Shown here piece after piece: positions 40,959-54,170 of a stretch of 64,000 bases of DNA. This stretch comes from Dicyema japonicum (lineage: Eukaryota; Animalia; Dicyemida). The stretch is from positions 253,346 through 317,345 of the forward strand of contig RDEW01000052.1 of NCBI GenBank assembly GCA_011109175.1, in the 5' to 3' direction. The notes below the pieces were generated by a model. The model did no database searches and was not told the origin of the DNA. It was given only the letters and a program-made list of their open reading frames with translations. Position 1 is the stretch's first letter; each line of letters starts with the position of its first letter. The position numbers were made by a program, and so were the translations under genes.

Positions 40959-41904
40959 TTAATGATTGAATACTTCAATCTGTAATGGATAATAACGTCT
41001 TATTTTATATTTTATTATGTAGGCCACAACAAATATTACAACAATTACACCTATTACACAAATAGCTATTATATTTTGGTTTTCTAAATTTAACTCAATA
41101 TTACTGATTGGATGAAACTTTATGGTACTTAAATAACTATGAGTAGTCATTGTCTTTAATTTTGTCTTTAAAGCAATTGAAGTTAATTTTTTGTTTTTAA
41201 ATTCTACAAATTTCCTTTTAGAATAGTACTGTTTATGTAACTTTGAGTTGTAGTTGTCTTTATTTTTGTATTCAAATGGGGTGTTGATTTTAATCTGTTA
41301 TTTCTTTTGAAATCACATCCGAGATCTAAATGTAGGCAATTATGTGTACCATTTCCAGTAAATAATGTAAAATTATCTGTTTTTAATATTTGCATTTTCA
41401 TATCTTTTATTTTTATTTTTCCATATTCAGGAATATGTAAAACTACTTCTCTGCAGTTATAATAACCGTTAGATGAAATGTTTATATATTCAAGTCCATA
41501 ACGAATATGATTGGAAATACATGATAATTCCCAAGAAACAGAACATATATTAGTTGATCTTAAATAATCAACCATTATTGAAAAATATATATATCATTTT
41601 TCTTCCATTTAAGGATAAAATCAAATCGGCCAAATTTTTCGAAATCAAAAATTGCGTCATTTAAATTTTCATATATTATCTTTATTAAATATAATGTGAT
41701 TACAATATTATTAATTTTATATTCAATGTCAATTATTCCAATAAACAATGCTACAATCCGATCATCCTCTAATGCACCCCACATTGGAACATTATTATAC
41801 AACTTATTAAAGGTCTTAATATTCTTCATTAGTGATTTATTGATTACCATACAGATATATATTACTATTATTAATTTATTTTGTAAACCTAGTAATTGGA
41901 GCAT
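40959..41904 (-). pseudogene. LAMP-fold-like family member 2, frameshifted
   Basis: Very similar to 15097-16040 with the same intron signals. One extra AT unit in the (AT)n run at about 41585-41594 shifts the frame. Confidence 0.7.
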
Positions 41905-41989
41905 CTTCACAGCAATTATTCTAATTATGAATTTAATTTTAATTTAAAATTATTAAACTTATTAATTTTTATTTAATACTGTCTCATTA

Positions 41990-43310
41990 TAATGCTAATT
42001 CTTTGACAAAGTCGACAAGAGACTTATCAAGTTGCAGATCTATTATTAAATCTGATTATTTCAAAAATACGTATTGTATTCAAGAGAACTAAACAAGAGA
42101 GGACCGTAATTTTTTGACAACAAAACAGTGGGGTTTCCACCCGAGAAGAACTGATGCTTCACCATATAAACTAGGAGATTGTGAATGTCATAGATACTAG
42201 TAGGCAGGTACCCGCTAAGAAACTTTTTATCCGGAAGACAGTTTTTCGTCTAAAAAGGAGGAACAAATAAAAATGAGATTATGTTTATAATAGGAGTCCA
42301 ACAAAGATCTGGTCTGATCCCAATTTTATTCGACGTATTCATTGTAAGTTTTTCAATATAAAAAAAATTAATATTGGACTAATTATACATGCCGATGACG
42401 TCAAAGTTGTCGACACACTCTAAGGGATGAGTTTACGAGTATGTTGGTTCAAATGAAGAATGGCGCAATATGAAAGGATAAAGCTCTCTGATCACATGGA
42501 AGATTATTTGAAAATGTCAGAGCGATAAAAAAGAGGCTTATCAAGCTCTTCTGAGTGCTTGCAAGTTACTTGTAGATATGAACACTTTACTTTAATTTTC
42601 AGTAAATCAATATCGATTTGATTTTCTGAGTGCGAGATGAGACTTTTTCTTTAAAGAAAGAAAAAATTATATTTCTATTGGAGAAAATGAGAACGACAAT
42701 AATGACAGCAATTGATAGCTTAATGAAGAACTAAATAAGTAATAAAATAAAAAACTCATTTCTATTCATAGTATAATGCAGGAGAGGATAGATGCCAACA
42801 AAAAGAGGTCAAATATGCAAAACACATACAAAAAACCAATAGAACTAGCTGGATGGATGGAGGGTCTAGGGAGAAGTGTCAATTCACAAAAAGTAGCTCA
42901 ACATGATTTTCTTTTATAACTTTAAAATTTTTTCCTAATAAAGTTATTTAATGCTCTTTTTAATAACGAAAGTAGAATGGTAAAGGTGTCGATTTATCTC
43001 TATTGCAAAGAGATCAATAATATTCATAATGTGAACTCTTGTTCTCTTTTTTTTGTGAATAAATGAACTTTTCTTATCACATAAATAAAAAAAGTTAATA
43101 TGTAGGTCAGCCATCATACGAAAGACTGCTATTCTACCCTATGTATTAACTCTCATGATCTTTATCCAACTTTGAGTCAGACCTCATCTGGAGTGAAATC
43201 TTATAGTTGATCTCTTTGTTATTTTATCCTCGAAATAATTTTATGTTTTATATATCGAAAATATTCTTTGGCCTTGAAGTGGTATGCCGATTGATCTTTG
43301 TGAAATTTCA
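41990..43310 (+). repeat. Third copy of the segmental repeat with degenerate RT
   Basis: Matches 16296-17207 and 20293-21350 plus 23970-24240. Confidence 0.8.
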
Positions 43311-43317
43311 TTTTTTT

Positions 43318-44560
43318 ATGTTGTTATCGTAGTGTCATGTGGCTCACCAGAAATGGTGTCACCCATTCCAAAAAGGAACGAAAAGAGCCAACAGCTTCTC
43401 CTCACCGTCCGGTGGTCCTTTCAACTCCTGTGTCTTCGACCCTATCAGTTGTCCCCATTTGTCCAGACTTCTGATTCGTTCATGTGGAAACGTCGAAACC
43501 AATCCTGGTCTATGGAGAGATTTTACAATTATACGACTGAATACGAATGGGATCAGGAAAAAAATCTTTGTCACTCCTCCGCGAAAATGAGGCTGACCTC
43601 GCTTTAATACAGGAGTCCAAGCTATCTCCCTCCATAACAACACCCTCTTTTCTCGGATACACAGTGATCCTTATCTCATTGACCTGATTATACTGAACAA
43701 CCCGAACACACGTACTAGGACCCCATTAAGGATGACTGATAGCTGCACATCCCCCGACTTAACACTATGCTCACCTTCTCTGGCTAGACTCATTTCCTCG
43801 AACGTCTTTTACGGCTTCTCCAGTGTCCACAATCCAATCCTTCTAAAATTGAGAGGTCTTCAACGATACAGGAGACGGCCGGCAAAATCAAAAAGATTCA
43901 AGAATTATACGAAGGTTGACTGGTCAGGTTTCATTAACCTTGAATATAAATTCTTGCCCCGGAGATTATCCTCCCCAATACTTTCTATTGATGAGGCTGC
44001 AGAAATCATCAGCGCTGCCATTTAGAAAGCTGACTATATTTTTATTACTATATACAAGATGTTTATTCTTACCCTCAGCTATTATACATTAAGTCTTATA
44101 AAACAAAGAGACAAAAGAAACAATCGAGCCAGCCTTTGAGTATGCCTCAGTTGCATGGAGATTCGCGCTATCGGAGACTATGGTCCAAAGAGTCAACTCG
44201 ATACACCAAAAAACAATCAGTATGCTTTGCCCACGTAATGGATCAACAGTCGACCCACTACTGATGGAAGCTAAGATCCGTAGTCGTGGTTACGGATTTC
44301 TTCACGTCTGTGAGGAAGATGGAAATCCGCTTCGCCTGATCCTTTCCATGGCAAGAGAAAAACGATTGGATAAGAAATTCCCTTCCCGATCGGATTCTTC
44401 TGAAAGATCGATAGAAGTCTCTTCCGGAAACTAGTGGGGACGATGGAAGATCACAGACGTCGAATGGCACAATTGATTGCGAGGACTGGAATCACCTAAC
44501 TGTTTGACTCTTTTGTCTTTCTTTCTCGGTGTTCCGGGGATATTAAAATAAAATTAATAA
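43318..44560 (+). mobile_element. Internally deleted copy of the 2A-bearing Vingi-like LINE
   Basis: Matches 17240-17590, 18055-18490 and 19905-20290. Motif here reads SCGNVETNPGL. Confidence 0.85.
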
Positions 44561-44704
44561 ATCACATGACCCCACTCCAATAGGAAGAGAGATGAGTAAT
44601 AGACAAGCAAGCATAAAACTTTAACAAATTAACCACACAGCACCACATGAAGCCACGCGGCTTATTAAAATATTTTAATAAATAAATAATAATAAATAAT
44701 AATA

Positions 44705-45555
44705 TGGTCGGGTACGAAGTGTGACGAGTTCCGTTGAAAGCTAAAAAGTCACGAAGCTTGGATTTACCTGTATTTACAAACAGTTACTTTTGGTGTCATT
44801 CAAAGTAGCATATGAAGTTAAGAAACCAAAAAAAAGTCACGAAGCTTGGATTTACCTGTATTTACAAACAGTTACTTTTGGTGTCATTCAAAGTAGCATA
44901 TGAAGTTAAGAAACCAAAGAAGCCACGTACTATTGCAAATACTCTTATTAAGCCGTGTGCATCGGAAATAGTAAAACAGTTCTCTCGAAAACTGCAGCAG
45001 ATTTTTCTCATATAATTGTATTCGGGATTGAATTAATAGTATAGTGATGATATTTTAACAAAGTTGGTTCGGACATAAAGAATTCGTGCATCAAGAGTTC
45101 AATCCATTGGATGAATATATCGATGTTGATGGTTGTAGTCAACTAATTGGCTTTGTCGCTATATACAATAGCATTTAATTCTGTTTCTTTCTTGCAAACC
45201 TATCGAACCGGAATCCTCTGCAGAAAATGTTTTCCATATGATTTAGAATTTTTTTGATGAACATGATATTCCATAAGAAATTATCGGTCAATTTGCATGG
45301 ACGGTGCTTCAGTTATGCTGGGAAACAGGTCGGAAACGCTATTAACCCTCAAAACCATCTCAGAATTGCACTAGCAAAAAAAAACCACGTTTCAAGAATT
45401 TATTAAAACTAAAAGGAAGAAAAGTCACAAGGAACCTAACTAATCTTTTTGAATAAAATTCGAATTCAGTTAGATTTATAATCAAGGTGCGAGGTTAGTT
45501 TTTTTTTAATTTTTTGGGTGCGATTTCAAAAAGAATCGGTAATCGATGCTTTAGA
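44705..45555 (+). mobile_element. Buster/Charlie-type hAT transposase remnant
   Basis: SFKVAYEV.KPKKPRTIANTLIKPCASEIV, SIPLDEY.DVDGCSQL and DGASVMLG motifs. Confidence 0.7.
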
Positions 45556-45599
45556 TATTCAGGACTATATTTTGAAAATGAAATGGTGGATATAAGAAT

Positions 45600-47100
45600 T
45601 ACATAGAAAAAGAATGGAACAAATTTGTTCTCCACCGTAAAGTCTAACTACTTGAGAATTAGTCGTTTCAAAAGACACGATATCCAGTCTAACGCGCGTG
45701 GAGTGCTGAGAGTGCGCTTACTCAGCTACCTGAGTGTTACGATTGATCTTGAAGGCTCAGAATTAGTCGTTTCAAAAGACACGATATCCAGTCTAACGCG
45801 CGTGGAGTGCTGAGAGTGCGCTTACTCAGCTACCTGAGTGTTACGATTGATCTTGAAGGCTCATTTATGAAGGATGTCAAACTAAGAAGAAAAAGGGGTC
45901 TACAAACACTTCGATTTACTCGAAAACTTTCTGTTGGCAAAGATACTTTCTTGTTCATATTCTCGAGAATAATCCTGCCCAGCTTGATATACGGTTGTGA
46001 GGTGTAGTATCTGTCAACAAAGAAAGACAGGGTACTATCGTTATTGGAAAAGTCTAGAAAGGCTGCAAGAAAACTGGCGTTGGGGAAAAGGCTACACAAT
46101 AACCTAAATATGGAGGATGAAATACTCTTCCTAATAAGAAATATAGTGTTGAACAGAATTAGTTGCTTTCGTGAGAGAACGCAAGTAATTGACAAGATGG
46201 GGGACGATAGAAGTTTCCAGGCCATAATAGCAGGACAATGATAAAACCATCTATATAACTCCTAGTTCAGTTTATAATAAATTGATGTTATGTTACCAAT
46301 TCGAAACTTTAACAACTTTGACAAACTTTATTAACAAGGAAAGTTTAAAAAGTCTATTTTTCAAATATAATATTATTGAAGAGAGGAGTTTCACAAGGAT
46401 CAATTTTGAGTCCTCTATTATTTAATATTCTAATGGCGGTTTTCCCGTCTCCGAGGTTACCAAGTTCGAGATTTCTGATATACGCTGTCAAATCGCTACT
46501 GTCTGATGTGTCGAGATCGAGTTTGATCCCAGAAAGGAGACTCAAGGTGCATATGGAAGAGATTAAAGACTGGTTACTGTCTCCAACGATTAAAACGTTC
46601 AGAAGAAAATCTAATGCAATGAGGTTTTTCGGTCAAAGTAGAAAAGGAAATCAGCAAGGATCCCTATGATGTATAAATATTGTGAGATCCCTGAAGTATC
46701 TCGGAACACCTATTGAGAAAACGGGAGTACATTATGTGACTTTAAAATCCGAAGGAAGAAAGCCCAGCATGCGTTATTGTGTGTGAGGAAAATGAGACTC
46801 GAAACGGGCATATATTTATTTATTTATTTTATGTACGATCATTCTAACACTCCATGGATGGTATTACACTGCATACACGAAGTGTTTATCTATCTTCTTT
46901 AAAAATCGATGAGAGCAAGGATCGACCAGAAGTTAGATCAAGATGAAATTTTTTAGTAATGTCGATCAGAGATGTGTTTGAGAAAAGGATTGAAAACTTC
47001 CTAAAAAAAGATGCTATCATTGAGAGATGTTGCAGCACAGAATAAACCATAAAAAGGGTCTTAGAATGTAGAAGAATGTCCGAGCTATGAAGGACTTGTG
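45600..47100 (+). mobile_element. Rearranged LINE RT fragments
   Basis: YLSVTIDLEGSF, IILPSLIYGCEV, RGVSQGSILSPLLFNI and LKYLGT motifs. Confidence 0.55.
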
Positions 47101-47399
47101 GTGAGAAACTTATTTAACTTCAACTTTTGACAGACTTTATAAAGAAAGAAAAATAAAGAGGGTATTAATTGGTTTCTCATCACAGGTCATACCATAGCTG
47201 CCAATAAAAGAAAGAAAAAAAATCTATGCCTGTTGTTAAAAATACTCCTGCATAGAGGATTAATACAATCAAAAAAGCCACTTCTGGAGAGGTTTTTAAG
47301 AAAAATAGTATAGACACAAATCACCGATAAGAATCGACATAGCATTTTGGTAAGATAAACGGAATGTATGACTGTTGAACTCTCGGCTATCGACTAGAT

Positions 47400-49580
47400 C
47401 ATGGAAAGTATTAAATTTGTAAACCAATTATGTGGATTGAAATCCCTAAAGAACTTCAGAGTGACTGCATAATGTGGCGGGTTTTTCCGATTAGAGTTTA
47501 AAGAAAAATCAGCAAAAATCTAATTCGTCTCGAAGCAAAATATGACAGCATTGAAAAACTCCCTTTGAAGGGATTTAGACTGTTGTTTAAGATTGAATTT
47601 ACTCTACTACTGATGAGACAACCCAATTCCAGCACTTAACAAAGACAAAACTAGCTTCGATGTACCACAACTTATAAAAGAACAAAAGGAGATAAAACTA
47701 CTTCTAGAAAATACCTTGGATAAGGCGAGTGCTCGATTAGGTGTAAACGAACGTCTATTCAAAATAAAATAAAGAATTAACACACCACAAAAAATCAATT
47801 AAATTATTCCAAAGACCAAAGGTAATTGAAAAATAAATTGAATTGAAAAATAATCGATCCCGTGGACCAGACAACGTCAACCTAGAGTTTCTAAAATATA
47901 GACTCCCTGTGCCAATAATAAAAATTATTCCAAAGACCAAAGGTAATTGAAAAATAAATTGAATTGAAAAATAATCGATCCCGTGGACCAGACAACGTCA
48001 ACCTAGAGTTTCTAAAATATCGACTCCCTGTGCCAATAATAAAATTATTCCAAAGACGAGTCTCTACGAACATATATTGAGAATAGAAACTCAAGCTAAT
48101 GTAGCGACGGGTAGTACTTAGTTGAGACTGGATCACTTTTCTGTAGACGTCCATGAGTTACAATTCCTGGGATACTTGATGCTGATCTGAAGTACGTAAA
48201 AGTGAAATGTGGAGAACATTTTGAAAACTTGCGATAGGTTGATTAGGATCGCGGAAGGTATAACCAATTAGTTTGATGGTTTTAACTCCGAATGGGTAAA
48301 ACAATGTATATTATGGTTTTATGCACGTTGCTTTAATAATAAAATCAATTTACGTCAAAATTTCAAATTTATAGTCAATAAAATGACCTTAGTCCTTACC
48401 GTTGGCTTGCAATTAAAACCTCATCCACAAAGTCTGTAAATGTAACCTGACATTATTAAATTCTGTAAAGATCACTTTAAATAACTATTACTGTTAAATG
48501 TAATTAGTGTAGTCATATTAGTCAAATTTATTGTCAATAAAATGACCTTAGTCTTTACCGTTGGCTTGCAATTAAAACCTCATCCACAAAGTCTGTAAAT
48601 GTAACCTGACATTATTAAATTTTGTAAAGATCATTTTGAATAACTATTACTGTTAAATGTAATTAGTGTAGTCATATTAGTCACTCTGCTCATTTATGCT
48701 AATCACTCTGCTCATTTATGTTAATAATTAAAATGATTCAGACGTTGTAAAAAAACATTTAGAAAAGAAAATTTAACTATTATTTTTTAGAAATAATATA
48801 GCTTCGATCAGGTCTTCCTTCATAGAAGCTCGAAGGTCTGATTTGATAAATTTTAGCCCAGAAACAGCCTTTCTACGATGACTTGTGTAGGAAGTAGAGC
48901 AAGAGATCCCTTTTCAAAACAACTAGTTCATTGAGATGCATTTAAAATTTTTCAGCATCCATGAATATACTAATTTAATCAGATTGAAAAAACTTATTTA
49001 ACACTGACTGACTTAGAGATGTAGTATTTTCTAAGGGGCACATTAAAGGAAAACAAATACCATTGAATGTTTTTATCACAATATTTAGAATATTTGGATG
49101 GAATCTAAATAAATGCCTCTTGAGATTGAAATATATAATTACGATGTAAAGACATATCAATTTGGGATACAATTAATATGGAAGAAAAAATAATTTAAAA
49201 TTATTATATCTAGTATTAAATTAATTTAAATTAGTCAAAATTTGACGTGTCCTTATCGACAATTAATATTTGAATTTTGTCTTATACTAATAAACAAAAT
49301 CAATTTTTTTTATCACTGACTCCTACTCCAATTCCTCAAATATAATTTCTTCGACTCCGACTCCACAGCCCTGTTAAATGCATTGTAATGACTTCTTTGC
49401 AAACGAGATGGGGCAGATGCTTTATATGATAAATCACAAAAATTGAGGTTTTCCCATCAGTTTTTGATTCCCAAAATGAGGTCGAATTGTATTATGATTC
49501 TACAATGTATTCTAACGACAAATCGACTAAAATGAAGCAAATTATTTATTGTCCCAATAAAACGACTGAACTGCTCGTCT
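47400..49580 (-). repeat. Inverted duplication of about 31480-35520 with internal deletion
   Basis: Reverse complement of 35130-35500, 34283-34865 and 31480-32385. Includes a truncated MITE copy ending at 49373. Confidence 0.88.
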
Positions 49581-50850
49581 TAAATTAATAATCAATCATA
49601 TATAGATAATCCAAAGGTTTTTTACATATTTTGTAGGTAGGATTTCAAGGTATGATTTAGTGGTTGTGTACGTTAAACTCTGTTTTCTTTCTCTCGTATG
49701 GCCATCCAAACCTTTTTATTCTCATGTTATGACAACTACGTGAAATATTAAATTTGAATGATCATAACAAAATTTATCATAAAAACGATTTAAAAAATGA
49801 AAAACTCCTAGTTAACTTTTCATTTGTAATTTTGAAAGGGAGAGATCCCTAGAAGCAAAACTTAGAGATTTTTAATGATTTTAAATAAGAATCTGGTATT
49901 ATCGACCCAGACAGTATCAACATCCCTGACGCTATGATATATGACATTATTTAAATCCGAAAAGGGAACACCAAAAAAAGAGCAAATCATTTAATTAAAA
50001 ATATATATATAGTGAGCGAGAGTGGAGTCATACTTTGTAGAGTCAACGGATTGTTTTTACAACGTTGGAATTTTGTAGGGACGAGAAGATTACTTTGTCA
50101 TCATGTTTACTAAAAATTATTAGCAGTTCGTAAAAGTACGCCGCAGAATAGATTAAAATAAATAATTAAAAAATAAATTAAAGAAAATAAATTTAATTTT
50201 AAATCTAATTTTAGCTGGGACATCCATGAAATTTTATATCAAATCTTTTCCCGTCACTTTTGTTTCACATCTATCGCACTAGAATAAAAGCCTACTTCAC
50301 AGATGTTCATAACCTGATTTTTCTTTAACGGCAGCCACGTGAAGAACAAAAGATGCTGTGAAATGATCTCATAAATAGGATATTCACTTTAGGTAATTGT
50401 TACAAGAAGTCGAAGCTGGCAAAAAGCAGCCATATATTACTCCCAAAATTTTCCAGAAATTATTAAAATTGTCTCTGAATTTGAAGGAGATGGAGTTTAA
50501 ATCAAAAATGTTTCGATTTTTAATTATTTTAAAAATCTTTCCACGTTGTTTTCAAGTTTAACCGAAATAATTTTAAAACTATTTGGTTTAATTGAAATGA
50601 TTTCAAATACCTAACTACTCGATTATTCAATTGAAATTTTTATTCAGCATAGATTTTTCATTAGATCAATATAAAAATTATATATTATAAAGCTTCATAA
50701 ATTAGGGATACTAAGTATTCTTGATTTCTAAATAAAAATATTTCGCCAGAAATTTGTTGCGGGATCTCAGCCTCAGTTGAAAATGCGATATCTCTTTTGA
50801 CGAAAATTCTAACTAAAAATCGATACTTTAAACCTGAAAATGTTCAGGAA

Positions 50851-51780
50851 TACAGTTAACCCTATTAATCTGAACTAAAAAAATTTTGATGCCTTTCGGA
50901 TTGTGAAGGGAATAAATATATTAATTTCATTGTAGTTAATATTTATGTTTTCACATATAATATTAATCTTTTCACTTTTACATCAATAATTTCCTCGTCG
51001 ACATTATAATCTTCACAAAGAATGACGATTTCGTTCTCGTCGAGCCCTTCTGTTTGAGTTATTTCTTGTTCATTAGCAAGTTCAGATCTTTCGATATCCA
51101 TTCAAAACAGGATCCTGCATTATATCTTCATTAGCAAATTAATCATGACATTTAATTGCCTCAGTCTTTTTAAACAATTTTTGTTGTTTTCATTTACTTA
51201 GTGTGTTAGATACCATAATGATGGCTTTCCGCAAATTCACAAAAATAATATTTTTCCAAATCAAGGGTATAATTTCCAAAATAAGTTTTTTTCTATAATA
51301 ATGTTTAAATTTTTGATTATGTTTGCATCCATGGTTGAAGATGTGTAGTTGTGTTTTTGGAAGGAATAGAATTTCAATTGTCAATAATTTCGTTAAAACG
51401 AGGAGCATTATCAAGCAGTAAAAAGACCTTTTATCTGCAACAGTTTAATTTATAACAATAATGACTGATGAAAACGTTAAAAATCCTGTTGTCATTCAAT
51501 CCATTTTATTTACATAGTGCAATGATTTTCAAAGTCAAATCTTTTAAAAATCTTTGTCATTTAATATGGCCGGAAAATAGATTAATTTTTATTGTTCCAG
51601 TTGGAGCTATATTAATCCTCACTTTTGATTTCTTTATGCCATTTCTATCTTTAGATGAAATTGTTCTAGAAGGTAAAATTGAAAAAAGAGTCCAGTTTCA
51701 TCCATGTTTAGTAATACGTCATGATCAACCTCTTTTAACTAATCATATTTGTCTATTCAAATTAATTTTCTTGTGTTAAG
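50851..51780 (-). mobile_element. pogo/Tigger-like DDE transposase remnant
   Basis: NMDETGLFF, LLDNAP, IEILFLP and FKHYYRK motifs. Possible TA-CAG terminus at 50851. Confidence 0.7.
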
Positions 51781-51793
51781 CTGATAGCTCATA

Positions 51794-52330
51794 GGTGAGG
51801 TGGTTACGTGCCTCGTTTCTTCTCTGTACAAATGTCTAGAAAGCAGAAGATATAAAAGAATATGCATGCCCTAAAGTTTCTTACATTCAATTCTAGAGGA
51901 ATATCTAAACCTCAGTCAGGAAATACTCTCTGTGATGACCTAGAAACATATAACGTTTCTATTGGCTGTATAAAAGAGACTAAAATCTATCTCGATGAAT
52001 ACCACGGAAGATATCGTCTATTATGTCTACCTAATGACTCAAAACACTATGGTCTTGGATTCGCCATTCACAGAAAACTATCATCTGCCACCAGTCGCAT
52101 TTGGCGGGTGAATAACAGGATCTGCGTAATACAGATTCACCTGAACAATCAATTTTCTCCTAAAAATACACTAACAATTATAAATGTATATGCACCACAC
52201 AGTGGAAAAGTGGCAAAAAACCCGACCGAAATGGATGAATTTTACTCAGCATTATCAAAGACGTATATGAGTCGTTTTCACTTATATTCATTGCTGGCGA
52301 TCTGAATGCGAAAATTGGAACAAAAAAGAA
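51794..52330 (+). mobile_element. RTE-like LINE family C, 5' APE part
   Basis: FLTFNSRGI, CIKETK, YGLGFAI, TIINVYAPH and AGDLNAKIG motifs. Confidence 0.82.
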
Positions 52331-52895
52331 CCGATGCGAGAAAACAGTCGATGCGAAGGGATTGCACCCGCTGTCCTGCAAAACGGTCCGGAAGAGGAAC
52401 ACGTCACGCTGCTCTGAAGGCTAAAGGCTTCCCAGCACAGTTTGAACCAGTGGATTTTGACCGAGGAAATGGAAAGAGACCTGACGGGATGACGCTTTTC
52501 TTTTTCAAATCCGGAAAATCTTCGGTCTGGGAACAACTTGTGTTGACACGTTCTCTAACACGAATCTTTACAAATCAGTTCAGACACCTTTGAGCGGCTA
52601 CTTCGACAGCGGAAAACCTAAAAACCAAAAAATATTCCTGCCTCGGGGACCGCTAGCGATTTACTCATGTTGCGGCTGAGTCATCTGAAGCCGTTGGATT
52701 AATGTCGGCTGAGTTCTTGCGCGAACTCGGTGGAATGCTTGCCAGGAAAAAAAGGAATCAACGAGAAGGGTTATGGCTGAGACAAAAGATTGGAATGGCC
52801 ATACTCCGAGGGAACACGTTCTCGATACACGCAGCCGGCTTCCTCAACTAACATTTGCTTTTCTGTTAAATAATTGTCATTTTTTTCTAAAAAAA
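52330..52895 (+). mobile_element. CRE-like retrotransposon 3' end (RLE domain)
   Basis: RHAAL, GKRPDGMTL, GKSSVW, AENLKTKKY and LRQKIGMAILRGN motifs. Confidence 0.75.
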
Positions 52896-52976
52896 TAATT
52901 CAACTAAATTAAATATTATATTAAATAGAACCAATTAAGTTAGTATAATAATTAAAAATATTTGTAGTTAATGGAC

Positions 52977-53575
52977 TTAAGGTCTTCTGTGATATTTTAA
53001 TATTAAAAAGATTCCAGCAATACCTATAATTCCGACAATTACAAAAACTGCAATGTATTCTAAATTTAAATATTTTAGGTACTTTTTAGACCACTGTTTG
53101 CTAAACTATATGTTTTGGCTATCGTAGAGAAAAAACCTGTTGAGTTTAAATCGTTATCTGCATTAATTATTTATCTACTTTTTCGAATATTTGTAATGAT
53201 AGTTGTTGTAATAGTTTTTGCATTCGTAGTCGAAAAAAAGTTGTGTTTAATTCGCTATCTAATTTAAGTGTATTAACTACCTTTTTGACTGCTTTGACTG
53301 CTAGTTGTGGAAATAAATGTTTTTGGATTCGTGGTCGAAGTACTTGTCGACTTTATTTCGTCTTCTAAATTTAAGTAAGTTATGTACCTTTTGGACTACT
53401 TTGAATAGTAGTTGTAGCAATATATGTATTCTGGTTCGTGATGACTAAAGTTGTTGATTGGAAATCATTATTTTTTGTTTATAAAATTCACATTCTAATG
53501 CTAACAATGATTAGATGTTAATAACCATTTCCAGTAAAACTTGTACTATTATCTGTTTTCAATAATTGGGCTTAC
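52977..53575 (-). pseudogene. LAMP-fold-like family member 4, 3' half with three extra stalk exons
   Basis: QLLKTDNSTSFTGN, then Ser/Thr-rich exons 53281-53364, 53179-53258 and 53083-53157 separated by 21-23 nt introns, then a TM exon. The 5' half is replaced by a LINE remnant. Confidence 0.65.
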
Positions 53576-53689
53576 ACAGGAAAAGATCAAATGAAGGCGA
53601 AAATAAACCAGAGCAGCACCATTAAGGTTCCTCATCCACTGCTATGAGCTCCAAGAAAGTTTCATTTCTGAAGTGTTCCCATTTTTGAG

Positions 53690-54170
53690 TTCTAATCGCC
53701 TGCAAGGAAGGTGTGGGAAAAGCACGTATATCCCCAATCACCACGACGAGATCCGAGATTTTTAATTTCTTGAGGACGTCTCAATGCTATGCCCATTTTT
53801 GGTGCGTAAATGTTAATAATCGTTAAGGCGTTTTCCCGGTTATTAAGTGTAGTATTGATATACCGTCACTGACACTCCAACACTTTTGGATCGAGTTGGC
53901 AAATCTTTTGTGTACCGAAAAAATTTTCCATAGTGTCGACACTCAGGCTTTACGGAATATTAACCTGTATGTTCCGCTACTTCGCCCAGATCTCTGTTTT
54001 AGCTTTGTCTCTTGGAACAATCGACAGACTCCATAACAACGAGATCTTGTAGATATATTTGATAATTCAACAAGCTAACTCATCTAGTTACTTCGATTCC
54101 ATCAAAAGTGAGTCTCTTCACTTGGATGAAAACGCAAAAGCGACATCGCGATTGCTTTCTTCTTTCCTAC
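53690..54170 (-). mobile_element. LINE APE remnant
   Basis: LFQETKL, LTIINIYAP and VVVIGD motifs. Confidence 0.45.

Noticed and set aside
50200-50830. Possible degenerate LRR-like gene remnants (also 54950-56060)
   Set aside because: Could not reconstruct a frame or a recognisable domain.
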